Origin: Paraspadella gotoi
Taxonomy: Eukaryota > Animalia > Chaetognatha
Reading direction: 5' to 3'
NCBI GenBank assembly: GCA_051294375.1
Contig: JBJCIZ010000038.1
Coordinates: 1-60,505 of the forward strand
Length of the DNA: 60,505 nt
The notes under the pieces are model-generated. The model made no database searches. It saw nothing but the letters and a program-made list of their open reading frames with translations, and was not told the DNA's origin. Numbering within the stretch: position 1 is the first letter of the stretch; each line of letters starts with the position of its first letter. The translations under genes were made by a program, and so were the position numbers. This document shows, piece after piece, positions 12,522 through 24,123 of this stretch.

Positions 12522-13749
12522 CATTGGGGACAGAATAAAACGGTTGAATTTCTCCGACGTCGATATTACGTTTTTGGTTTGGCCGCCGTCGTCGAAGACT
12601 GGATTCGTTCGTGCGGAATCTGTCAAAGGAGAAAGCAACAAAACCGTAAAGCCCCGTTGCAACAAGATTATTGCAGTTATTTCAATGAAAGAGTTGCATT
12701 TGATATTAAAGGCCCATTAAGAGAGACTAACATAAATAAATTCCGTTATATCTTGATCATCACTGATTATTTCAGTCGATTAACTATTCTCGCTGGTTTA
12801 AAAGGAGTTACAGCAGAAGAAGTACTTACTGCATTGTATGAGCATTATATTGCATATTTCGGAGTTCCGTTCGCGTTTCATAGTGATGCGTCACCGACGT
12901 TTCATGGCGCCGCCGCGAAAGATTTCTATCACCTCCTCGGCATCCACAAGACGAAGACAGTTCCATTCCATCCAATGGGAGACGGTTTGGTTGAAAGAAA
13001 CATTCGCTCCATTTCAGGTCTCGTGACTGCCATGTTGATGGAACCGGATGCTGATGGTGATCGATTGGACGGCGCTGAATGGGATACACGCCTGAAGAAG
13101 GCACAATTGGCAGTTAACGCGACGCCAAATCGTTCTACCTCTTTTTCTCCTTTCAAAATTCTCACCGGAAGTGAAATGTTTGTTCCGATGACGCTTGTTT
13201 ATCCGGTGGAAAACGCGCGAGAAACTATTTCAGGCACAGTTTGAGGGTTACAAGACAGGCAATCGAGAATGTTCCGCGCCGTAGTGGAACATATGGGTCA
13301 TGAGCTGGCGATACAAAAAAATATTATGATCTTCGTTCTAAAATTCCTGAGTTTAATATTGGTGACAAAGTTCTTTACCGAAAGTTTGCGATAGCCGCCC
13401 ATGAAGCTAAAGCATTTGCTCCTAAGTATTTTGATTCCACTTTTGAAATTACCAAAAAGTTGTCCGATGTGAATTACATCATTCGAGACGTAAAGTCCGG
13501 AAAGGAACGGGTGACTCATGCAAATTATTTGCGCCCAGTCGTCGAGAGAGCCATCACCATGGAAACGGATCAACAAGAGGAACCGTTCGACGACAAAACC
13601 GGAAGAGAGTCTGGATCGGACGACGAAGTTATCGATCATCATTTGAGCACTAGCGAAGCTACTGCTAGGCGCTCTACTCGATCGAGGAAGCTGCCCTCGA
13701 AATTAACTGACTATTATTTGGACGATTCAAGTCGTAAGGTGTTGTAAAT
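12522..13749 (+). pseudogene. Ty3/Gypsy integrase (end of HHCC zinc finger, rve core, GPY/F-like C-terminus), frameshifted near 13240
   Basis: HWGQNKTVEFLRRRYY...WIRSCGICQ, RVAFDIKGP, ITDYFSR, FGVP..FHSD, PFHPMGDGLVER, SFSPFKILTG, NYIIRD...RVTHANYLRP. Confidence 0.92.
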
Positions 13750-14375
13750 GTGATTATTAATCTATTTTTAACAGTGTTCAATCAATAACAATAATTCTAC
13801 GTCGTTCATTACTACATTTTATTCATTTATTCATATTTTCATCTCTTAATTAATTACGATTGATTGTAGCGCTACGTCTGAGTTCGCAACGAGCAAGCCA
13901 GGATCGGTGGAACAAAAGGGCATCGACCGAGATTTCCGTTCCAAAGAAGTAGCGTCAGCCGCTCGTTGAGTGTCTGGAAGGGAGAATGAAAATATGGTTA
14001 GTTCTTCTGTTAATCCATTGAATCAAATGGGTATCGAACTACCAAGGATTGGTCGGTCAGTGGTTGTTTACTGTTTTTATTATTATTCGTTGATGTATAA
14101 AAGTCTCCAATTAAATTCAAATGTTGGAGTTGAGCGAAATCAAGGATGAGAGAAAGGTAAAAGAATGATTGTAGTGAATGAATGGGTCTGATCGATCTAT
14201 CTACGACGTAGCTGAGTTTCTTCCACTCTCTGTAGAAAGGAATAATTCGCGATTCCTTCTGCTAAGTATTAGGCTCAGCATGTTCCGTTATTACCAGTTA
14301 TGTTTTTCTACGACGTTGAATTTAAACAAATTGAAATTGCGTTTTAAACAAATTGAAACTGCCCCTCACCTTATG

Positions 14376-16308
14376 CCTAATCCATGGAGTCCCCCTCCTC
14401 GAAGTCGATGTCTTCGACGTCCATGCCACCGTCGTCGTCATCATCATCATCATCATTGGGAGCCGCCGGAGAAGATGGCGCCAGGCTGGTGTCGGCAGAT
14501 GACGGCTCCTCCGAACCAGATCGCTCTGATCATGGAGATGACGGCGGACTCCTCGGAGAGCCCCGAGGAGATGTCTGAGATGACGATGCCGGGGATGGAG
14601 ATCCAGAACGGGATCTCTCTGACCCGGGAGATCCCGGCGCTGATGGCGACCCGGAACGAGATCTCTCCAAGACCGGAGAGTCAGGTTCCGAGTCATTTTC
14701 TGATTCTTCGCCGGCGGAAGATTTCGCCGGCGACGCCCTCGTAATCCGAGACGATGCGTCGAAAGGGGGAGCGGACGCCGATCTAGGTGAGGAGTCCCTG
14801 GCCGCCGCGCAAGATGGCGACAAATTGGGCGCCACGCGGACGGAAGCAGATGGTCGTCGTCCAAGGAATTCTTCGGACGTTTGGAAAACAGTTGAAGATG
14901 GTGACTTCGCCAATGGCGGAGAGGAGCACGGCGAACGCGGTGAGGGTGGGGAAAAGTGCCCCATCACCGACGCCGTCTCCGCCACCACGGAATCGTCCGG
15001 GAGTGCAGGTCGCGGGTTGGGAGGAGGCAAGACGCAGCTGGGGACCAGCTGCGCCACGTTGATGATGCCTCCATCCCCATTCGAGTTAAAGTGCACCTCC
15101 CGGAGCACTGTGCCAAGGCAGCCCGCCAAATAGTTGCACACAAGGCGTGCCTCTGGGGCGTGGCAGCCCCGACAACGCCGGCAGGCGTTAAACACGAGTT
15201 TGGGTGAGCTAAAATGACTAATTAAAACATAACTAAAATTAATACCATGATCCAGTCAAAATCTTGCAAATTAATATGCTCCATAATATTGCCAAATAAT
15301 ATTAATTATTACGTTTGAGTCTTGTACGTGTTATTTCATGTTGTTGAAATAAGTCCAGGAGAATTCATTTAGTTTTTTCTGTTCTATTGAGTCAGATAGA
15401 ACAACGTTTTTCGTGATTACACGATGGAATTATTATTATGATCTTATTTTGAATAAAAATACATTTAGTACTGATGGCCTTGTATACGTTATGTAACGGA
15501 AACAAATTCTCGTCAATAAGTAATGATATGAGAAACTTTAGGCTATCGACGAATTTGTTTCTGGCAGTGAAATGAATAAATTTTTCTTTTCGAAATTATT
15601 GTTACAAAATTATTGTTAACAGTTCATTCGTGGTCTTCCCCCTTTCGTTTGTATTCCGACAACTCAATAATAGTCAAGGAATTATTATTAGTTTTTTAAT
15701 ATGCCTCCAGGAGCCAGTAGAATTAATTATCGATCATGACAATGTTATTATTTTCTTTTTGAAACTTCTCCATGATCAATTCTAAGTACGGTTCCCGAAA
15801 ACCATAGTTCAAGTGAACTCCAGTGGAAACGATGTCATTTTGTTTACGTTCGAGAAAAGTATATTTCTCGGTGAATAATTATTTTACGATTCTAATAGTA
15901 TTTTTAATTCCGCACGTTTCCCTGATTACTGGTACTCGTTCTTTATGTTTACGATGTACTTACTTGTTCAAATCCATGATTACCCGGTGAAGATGGGTAA
16001 ACAGTAAAAAAGAGTTGTCGAGAGGGGGTAGAATGCAAAGTTTCAAAAAATTCGAAGGATAAAAAAAAAAATAATTTGCTCGGAGGTCGGGAGTTGCCAC
16101 AAGGAAATGGGAGAATATCGAGAGGTCTAGGGTCTGGGTAACAGATCACAAATTCTAGGGCAAGGAAATCTGGGATTCGGAAAAAGCGATGCGAGGATTT
16201 ATTACCGCTGGGTGCGACGGCCAGGCTCGGGCCGACCAGAGAAAGCGACGAAGGTAGACTAAAGGTCATAAAAGTGGGGATAGGGGAGACTAAGGAAGAT
16301 GAGGACAT
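14376..16308 (-). pseudogene. Antisense accessory gene(s) downstream of the Gypsy integrase; Ser/Pro-rich product ending in an acidic tail; possible 37-bp intron at 15209-15245
   Basis: GC-rich ORF 14530-15195 (SRSGSP repeats) continues by frameshift into ...DDDDDDDDGGMDVEDIDFEEGDSMD*. Upstream coding-like frames reach ATG 16308. GTATT...TTTTAG intron-like segment. Confidence 0.45.
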
Positions 16309-16475
16309 CTTCTTCTTCTTTGAGGGGTCGAGTTATAAGGAATAGGCCTCTGTCTCGCCTTCTTCCTCCCATTCGTCTTCTCGCTTTCTTCTCCCTCGTC
16401 TTCGAAATTCACAGTCGCTCACGTACATCCCGGATATCTCCCACTCTCTCTAAAAATATCTCTCCCTTTACTATT

Positions 16476-16506
<31 letters not shown>

Positions 16507-16644
16507 TAGCATCTTGACGTTTAAGACCATAAAATTGATCGTAAGAAAGGCGTCAGGATTCTTGTTGTCGTTATTGTCGTTGACGTACAAAAATGTGGAC
16601 TTTGAGAGAGGCGTTGCCGCGCGTCGGACAACATGTAAGGAGCT

Positions 16645-16738
16645 GATTGGGGGACGGCCGCGTCCCTGACGCGACCGTCCGCCAATCGGGAGACTTGGGC
16701 GATTCTCGACCCCCTCCACATGAGCAAAGATATAAAAG
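16645..16738. promoter_or_regulatory. Candidate bidirectional promoter: 20-bp hairpin bounded by inverted CCAAT boxes, with downstream TATAAAAG
   Basis: GATTGGGGGACGGCCGCGTC-CCT-GACGCGACCGTCCGCCAATC pairs at 18 of 20 positions (16645-16687). TATAAAAG at ~16731. Lies between divergent ORFs. Confidence 0.4.
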
Positions 16739-16879
16739 CAATAACTCTGAAGCATCAGAGAGAACCTTATAATAATTATTTTTAGTCTCCACTATTTTTG
16801 CCTTCATCTAATTCTGTAAAGTGTTCTTTAACACTTGTAATTGAAATAAACTATTTCTGCCGTCATATTTTGTAAACCA

Positions 16880-17190
16880 AAAATCTTCTCATTATTTATC
16901 TACATAATAACGAAGAAAGAAGAAGGAGAGAGAAAGAATTCGATTAGCGAGCCAGTGGAGTCAGCAAACCAAAGAACCCGTAAAGCAACTTTAGGCGACA
17001 GTTGTCCCTTGCTGCAATGATGCTACAACAACTGACGTATTCAGGGAAAGAACGCACAAAGATGGTTACTGCTTACGAAATTTTACTGGCCATAGGGCTT
17101 AGGGGAACTGAAGCGCAAGTTGGTGTTGCCGTGCGCGACGCGCCACTCGGCGAAATGGTACGGAACTCTGTTAGGAGGAAACTCTTTTAG
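16880..17190 (+). pseudogene. Divergent histone H2B-like histone-fold ORF (one frameshift near 16980, no ATG found)
   Basis: FSLFIYIITKK ~ YSIYIYKVLKQ; SIS ~ GIS; LSLAAMML ~ IAGEASRL; TAYEILLAIGLRGTEAQVGVAVRDA aligns ungapped to [25 protein letters not shown]. By-eye alignment only. Confidence 0.45.
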
Positions 17191-17812
17191 CTGGGGTTTT
17201 AATATTTCTCGTAATAATGTTTCTTTCATGAAAGTCGAGACAAGAATAATGCATTAATTACCATTTTATCAAACTGATCGTAATCTGTTTTTCAAAATCC
17301 CTGAACATTTTTTATGATAATAGACTGCGATTGCGGTTACGGTTGCTTTTATGACAACAACTAATATTTTTGCATTGCATTTACTGGGTTGCGTGGTTTA
17401 GAGATCTCCCCGATGGTTGCTATGGTCTGGGGTGAATGGAGGGTAGGAATGCGATATTGGGGTCAGTTAACGCCTCGCCCGCCCACACTGTTGCATTTGA
17501 CTCATAATAGAATCCGACGGACTTTAGAAAAAGAGAATATTAATCCTGAAAATCTCCCTTTTGCCTCGGTTCTTACTAAATTTTTTAAGTCGAGAGTTTT
17601 ATTTAGGTTTGTAGTGATTTTTTTTTTTCGTAGTGTCCGTTTTGTTTTAGAAAAGTGTAAAAGAAATTATTGTAGATAATCCGTATAGTAAATTTTTTTC
17701 TTCCTCATTTAGCTATTTTTTAGAAAAATTTTTTTTTTATCACTGTCTTTAGCTAATATTAAAATTTATTTTTTTCGTGCACATTTTCTTTTCTCAGTTT
17801 TTTGTTTTTTAA

Positions 17813-18102
17813 ATGCCTCGCGGTAATCTTGACCCATTTCGGAATCCATCGCCACCACTGGGATTTCCCATAACAGTCCGAGAAGTTCGACGCCTACGCG
17901 GAATTGATCCAGCAAGAATTATAGAATTAATAAAGGGTGCTTTGGACGAAACTCAAGTTGATCCAGTCCCGCGATCAATCACCATAGACAATATTAGAAT
18001 ATTAAAGCGCCAGGACAATACTCTAAGAATCCGCTGCACAATTCGGACAAATGGACAATGAAGATGAGACTCGCGGGCTGGCCAGGGAGTTGGCGACAAC
18101 TC
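17813..18102 (+). CDS. ORF running into the gap; most likely the start of a gag-like ORF1 of another non-LTR element
   Basis: T-rich leader at ~17560-17812. VDP...ITIDNIRIL...LRIRC..(frameshift)DNEDETRGLAREL resembles R1/Jockey ORF1. A weaker H2A-like reading is also possible. Confidence 0.35.
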
Positions 18103-18127
18103 NNNNNNNNNNNNNNNNNNNNNNNNN

Positions 18128-20464
18128 AAGAAGGAGACATAAATATGAAGAGAAGGACAATTTTGTTTGTTTGATAAAGATATTAATAAGTCTTACCGGC
18201 GAGACTCCTCGAACAATAAGCGGATCTTCCCAGTATTGCGCAGGTCGATGCTCGTTTGGCATACTTTTCTTCCCTTAATCCACGTGGCTTCCAACGTCTA
18301 AAAGAATCACGCTCGATGATGTTCATTTTATCTCTGCTACACCAGAGTATCATAAACGTTTTTATTTCTTTTTTGCCTTTGAAAAATACGTCCGAGTTTT
18401 CTCGAGTGTTTCTTAGAACATTTTTTACCCTGTTTTTGAGCATGAAATCTCGAAACACACAGCGTTTTTTCTTGTCTCTTGTATATAGATTGAGTTATCA
18501 TAGAATTTTTTACTATGCTTTCTGACAGACTATACCTATCTGGAGACATAGTAGTCTGTCTAGACCGCTGATATTCCTAAGCATCTTATTTGATAACTTT
18601 ATGTTAACTTTAGAAAAGAGTCGTTTATCATCTACGAGGCTATATTTATAATTAGCTTAATTTAATTTTTAAGCCCATTGACAACAACGGATTGGTGCTA
18701 CATCCACATCTACAACCTTCTCGAAAATATTTCTAACTATTTCAATGGGAAAAAACGCCATCGCTGGTGCATAAAACAAAAAATTTTTTTTAAATTATTC
18801 CACTCGGTTGGAGATTCCAAACTAGTCAGGTTGTTGCCGCCCAAAATTAGCATTCAACAGTTTGAAAACCGACCCTCTTGAAGAGCCCACTTGTAACCCT
18901 TGTAAGTTGTCGACGTTGGTCCAAAATGGACAATTAATGTACCTGACGCACAACCTGGAATGTCGTGCATTATGACAGATTCGAAGCGGTGACAGATCGT
19001 TTAGTTGACTTAACAAGCGGCCGCCCCAGTTTGCAAAGACGGTCATGTGGAGCTTGGAGATACTGAAAAATTAATGAATATATGACTCCTTAGGCAAATT
19101 TGTCGAGGTGAGGGAGGGTCCACGTTCTTGACTTGCTAGTGTAGTATTTAAAGGGTTTTGATCAACCAGTTGTTTTGCGGCAACCTGCAAAGTCAACCGG
19201 GGAAAAATCGGGGGTATGTTTTCTTTGTTTCGCGCCAACAAGGTCTCTATACCCATTCGCCTCTGGCAAAATATGTTTTTCATTGATCGTAAACTTTTTT
19301 TCAAGTTTACATCCGTGAAGAGATTTCTTGAAGCCAACCTTTAGAGATCGTGACTGGAAAAATACTTTATTGAGGGTTGAGCAGTAGCGACTTCTTCGAA
19401 TACATTTGTACGCCGGATTCTCTTCATTTAAGCCACTCCATAACATTCCCATTGTTATCATCAAAGCAAAAAACGTTCCATCCGTTGAGATACGGGATCC
19501 TAAATTTGGTTGTCCCATCCCGCAAGGCTTGCTCCATCATATCTCCATCGGTACCGCTTCTCGTCCATTTCGTCCTGCAAATGGAACAAAACAAAACCAA
19601 GAAAACAAAAAATATTTAAAATCACGCGACAAATAAAGAAATTGAAGGCAAACAATTATCACAAAAATGGGCCTATTTATGAGCAACAAAAAATAGCCAA
19701 CATCCCGAAAACTCGCCAATTGAATTGATTAAGACAAAAAACACAATGTCAGAAAGAGCTTTTAGAGAAAAGAAAATATATATCCCCGGACGACGTTATT
19801 TTACTATTTTTATGATAAATTGTTTTGTTTAAAAGAAGATCACAAATTATTTTAATGTCAAAAGAAAAGCATTCCACGGGGGTGCATATCTTAAGTCTTT
19901 GACGGAGGGCAGCGTCCTCCATCACCATCCATAATCATGTTTTCACTGCCCATCGTCATCGCTGGTTGGTGCCATTCCGTCGTCACCATTGACGTACGCA
20001 ATTCTCAGTCCGTTTTCAACTGTTATCGGCGACTTCGCCGTCGCCATTGTCGCCATAACAGTCTTCGTTGGCCCTCTTCATCCTTACTGCCGACCATTGT
20101 GGACGACGTTTCTTTTCGCCGCCATCGTACATCTCCGCGTCGTCTCGGCTCTCGAATTTTTCATCTATGGTATAAAGAAAATTTTTTCCTGAAATCAACC
20201 AGGCACAAGATTGACAGCCATTGACCAGACTCTTTTTCCAACTTCTTTAAAAACGGATATGAGCGGCGTTCTTCCCTTTATCTAGTTTCCCTTATATCGC
20301 CTATCTATTCTTAAATTACCTTCGTCGTCAACAGTCCTCTTCTGATGCGCTTGGAAGACGGAAAACATTCCGTAAAGATCGGTGATATTCCACGCACAAG
20401 TTTGAAGATGGGTTTTCAAGTTGTTGGGCAATTGTAGGAGTCGTATCCAAGATAGGTTCGTAGG
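18128..20464 (-). other. Uncharacterised coding-like sequence continuing from Gypsy RNase H toward the gap
   Basis: The frame continues directly from the RNase H end (GTANVPTDVLA). Chain of short minus-strand ORFs with no recognised domain. Confidence 0.35.
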
Positions 20465-22700
20465 CGCGGCGAGAACGTCTGTAGGAACATTGGCAGTGCC
20501 CACAAATATGGTGAATTTCCAAAATGAAAATTTTGTAAAAATTCAACACGAGCGAGCGATTCGCCGTGTTGAATCTTTTAAAGTATTAATTATACGGAGA
20601 GCACCATGATCACTTAAAACTAAAAATCCCACTCTGTCAAAAAATGCGAAATTTTCTTATGAAATAAACTATAGATATTAATTCCTTTTCAGTTGTCGAC
20701 CAAAATCTTTCAGATGGTTTCAGAGATGGGATCCAAAGCCCAAAACCTTTAACCTACCTTTTGAGTCTGTATTGAATGCAGCGCAGCGCCAATCCAAATT
20801 GGACTTGCATCGCAGGAACAAAACATAGAGAAGCTTTGGGTCAGATAGTGCTCGAGTCGGAATGAGAGCAATCTTTCTTTAATAGCCCCAAAAACGCAGA
20901 TTCGCACTTCATCTGTCAATTAAAATCAACATTTTTCGAGTCAGTCTGGTTAGGGCTCCAAGATGACAGATGATTTTTAATAAAAACTTCTATAAAATTG
21001 AAAGTCACAGAAGCGCATAATGTTTTAACATTGTGCGGCCGAGGAAAATCTAAAATGGCTGACACAATGCCATTGCTACAGGGTTTTATGCCTTGGTGTG
21101 AAAATAACGCTGTCCCCCAAATATTCACCATGATCCTGCAGAAGGCTGCATTTTGCTGCCCGCGAATTTTAAACCAGAATCCCGAATTCTTGAAAATATA
21201 ATCTCTACACCTCTTCTGAACACATCTTGTATGTTTTACCAAATAAAATAATGTCATCCTATAAAACTATAGCAATCTCCCAATTTAAATCCTTTTCAGC
21301 ACATCTTCACCAACCTTTGAAAAGACGCCAGGCCCTGAGGAAATCCGAATGGAAGCCGCTTGAATTGCCAAGGCCACGGCGGGTACTGAAAGGCTGTAAT
21401 TGGCCGACTCTCTCTCCTCCAACTCCATCTGGTGAATATCCTTGATAAACGATCGAGGCTACAAAAATAACGCATAACCGGAGAAGTGGCTAATCACCTT
21501 TATCAATGTGAGGCAATGGATAGGTACAGACAGGCTTACTTTAATTAACTTGTCGAAATCAAGCAGACTCTTTGTTAAGCGTTTGTATGGTGACGACGCC
21601 AAAACGATGGGATTATTCCATTCCGACGTTGAGGGCTCACACGATGTCCTGCAGAATCAGTTTTTCAAACTTCTTTATCAAATAATATCATTTTGAGAAT
21701 CAGAGAACCTTCTCATCCTTTGTTTAATTGGGTTTAGTACTCGGCTTTAAAATTATCTTATGCTTTACTCTGTGAGCCAGGAAACTGGGGACGCCCGTCC
21801 ATTGAAAAAATATCCTTTATATTTCCCTTATTATTGCTTTTAACCTTTTGTTTTTTTGCTTCCTCGGTCGCCGAAGATTCCCAATCCAAAATCACAGTCG
21901 TCCAACGGCTCCGCCTGGAACATATCGAGATCCTTAGCTTCGTCGACTTTTCTTTTTCTTTCCCTCTTGAGTCAAAACAGCGGTTCCACCATTCCCGACG
22001 CCAAACCGATTAGATTCTTCCCTATTAAATAATCATTTTTCAATTGGAAAAAATTTCTCCAAAACCTCTCCAAGACAAAGGGAAATTCACCTTTGTTAGA
22101 TTGCTACTTTGGCATATATTATAAATCCTCCATAACACAAAATATTTGCTATAAAAACACCTGTAAAGGGATTCCTGAATAGGTTCCATTATCCAAGAAC
22201 GAAGCTCCGCGTGACAGTTGGAAAACGCTTAATGGCACCCACCGAGCGAAAGAGGTTTGATCATCACGTCTCTTTCCACCGTCACCGAACGGATTTGGAT
22301 TGGGGTCTCGAAAACCTTTTGTAAATGAGTTCCCCAGCTTTTGGCTGCAAAACAAGAAATTTTTGGGCGACGTTTAAATACGAGACCGGACGATTGACTT
22401 CATTAAACCGAGTAAAGCTCTACAGCGAGATCCTGATTATAAAGAATTTAAATTGTGGACTATAATTATTTTTTATCCCAAAAAATATTGTTGGTATTTT
22501 GGCAAATCCATACACTCAAGCTTACTACCATTTATTCCTCAAAACATTTGTCGTAAGGATAAAGCATGTAAGAGTTATCTGATTTATTTTACAATATAGT
22601 TCATAAATGTAGCAAGCACCTGGCCGCACCTGTATCAAATTAACGAGATTGAAATGGTATTTCCTCTAATGCTTCCAAGTAATAAAGAGACCGACGTTTT
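20465..22700 (-). pseudogene. Ty3/Gypsy pol: aspartic protease, reverse transcriptase, RNase H (heavily frameshifted)
   Basis: DTGAA at ~22622-22636. RPITAF and DDIILFGKT at ~21232-21400. GIKP...SAILDFPRPHNVK. RNase H DAS..IGAAL...SERFWSTTEKEL...SDHGAL...EFLQNF..EIHHI.G.AN...DVL at ~20465-20812. Confidence 0.88.
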
Positions 22701-22922
22701 GTTGTTCGAGGTCCGTCGTAAAAATCTTCCTTAACCTTTTGTAGAACGAATTAACATTAGCATGTTTGCAATATAACTTATTATTTCATATTCCGGAAAA
22801 GGTTTTTCTTGATGTCATAAATTTTTGCCCTCTAATAGGAGGGCTTTAGGAGTTAAAAGGAATTCTGTACTGTATTTTCATTTGAGTTTCCCTTTGATTT
22901 ATATTTTCCTCTGTGATTTTGA

Positions 22923-23965
22923 TTACCCTGTGACATCTTTTTCTACTATTGAGAACGGAACATGACCAGGCTTTCCACAGTTCCAACAGTTATTCCATTC
23001 TGGCCGTCGTTGGGAAGCTTGAAGACCCGTGGAGACAGAGGACCGTGTCCGAGTTTGAAAGCTAGTCGGCGGCGACATGGGAACAGGCTGCAGTTGATAT
23101 GGAGCAAATTCATTATTAGCATATACCATCGGGACCCAAAGCTATGTTTTTTACTGTCGACTGCTTTAAACGACGCGAGCTTACCTTTTTATCGTCGCCG
23201 CGTCATCGGGTTCAGTAACTCCTCCGATGCACGAAATCGTTCGTCCCAATAATTATCGTCCGCTTCTGAGTCCATTCCTGCAAAGAAGCATTTTTTGAAA
23301 CTGTTGCTTTAATTATGCGGCTGTCTGTTGAACGACAATTAGAAAGAAGTTTTTGTTTACACATTTTCAACCGCTAAATCAGATGACGGATTCATATTAA
23401 CTTCTTAAATACATTTTACACCTGTTGATAAAGGCAGTCATAGTTTCTTCCCGAATTTTTCGTTGCTGAAGCAAACAACTGGCGATTCCTTTCTTCCGAC
23501 GAGGGATCCCAGTTGCAGCTGCATTCCAACAAACATAGTTTCCAATTCCTTTTCCTCTCCTGAAAGAGATTCAAAGGCTCGCTTAGCAGACCCAGTAAGG
23601 GACGACGGAAGGATTTCCATGATTCTTTTAACATCTTCCCATCCATTTGACTTACAGATTGCACTTACGTTATCCCGCCAATCCTCAAATGCCACGGAGA
23701 CGCCATCGTACTTTGGAAGATTAATTTTCACCATTGGCTTCTTGGCTTCAGCAGCAAGCTGATGAGAAATTTGCATTTCCTCCATCTTGTTCATCAATTA
23801 TCTTTAGATCCTCTTGATGATTCCTATGCTGTAAATCAATTAAATGTTGAAAAGCATCTGTTTGTTTTTTCCATATAACGATGATTCCACTCACCAAGGC
23901 GTCCCATGTCTTCACGAGTCTGCTCGTGTTGGGCTTTCAATCCTTCTTTCAATCCTTGTAGCTCA
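22923..23965 (-). pseudogene. Ty3/Gypsy gag with zinc knuckle; 5' end and LTR missing
   Basis: LPKYDG..VAFEDW....SAICKSNGW...LPSSLTGSA capsid-like motif; CWNCGKPGH knuckle; coiled-coil-like N-terminus up to ~23965. Confidence 0.85.
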
Positions 23966-24123
23966 GGGAATAGAAGAAGTAGAGAAAGAAAAAGAGAAAG
24001 CAAAAAAAAAAAAGAGAAAACAAAATATAGAATTAGAATTTGATGGTATCCTTTCGTTTCGTTGTGTTATGAGATTAGCAAAAATATTTGTTTTGTTATA
24101 ACAACAATTTTATTTGACATAAA

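Noticed and set aside
12512-12580. C-terminus of the Polinton ATPase on the minus strand
   Set aside because: The plus strand here encodes HWGQNKTVEFLRRRYY, in frame with the Gypsy integrase zinc finger.
18183-19518. Polinton protein-primed DNA polymerase B (LHGC and KPRG resembled pPolB motifs)
   Set aside because: No DxxSLYP, KxxxNSxYG or YxDTDS motif found, and the block continues from Gypsy RNase H.
23878-23896. Primer-binding site (TGGTGAGTGGAATC on the minus strand)
   Set aside because: It lies within gag-like coding sequence, with no adjacent LTR end.
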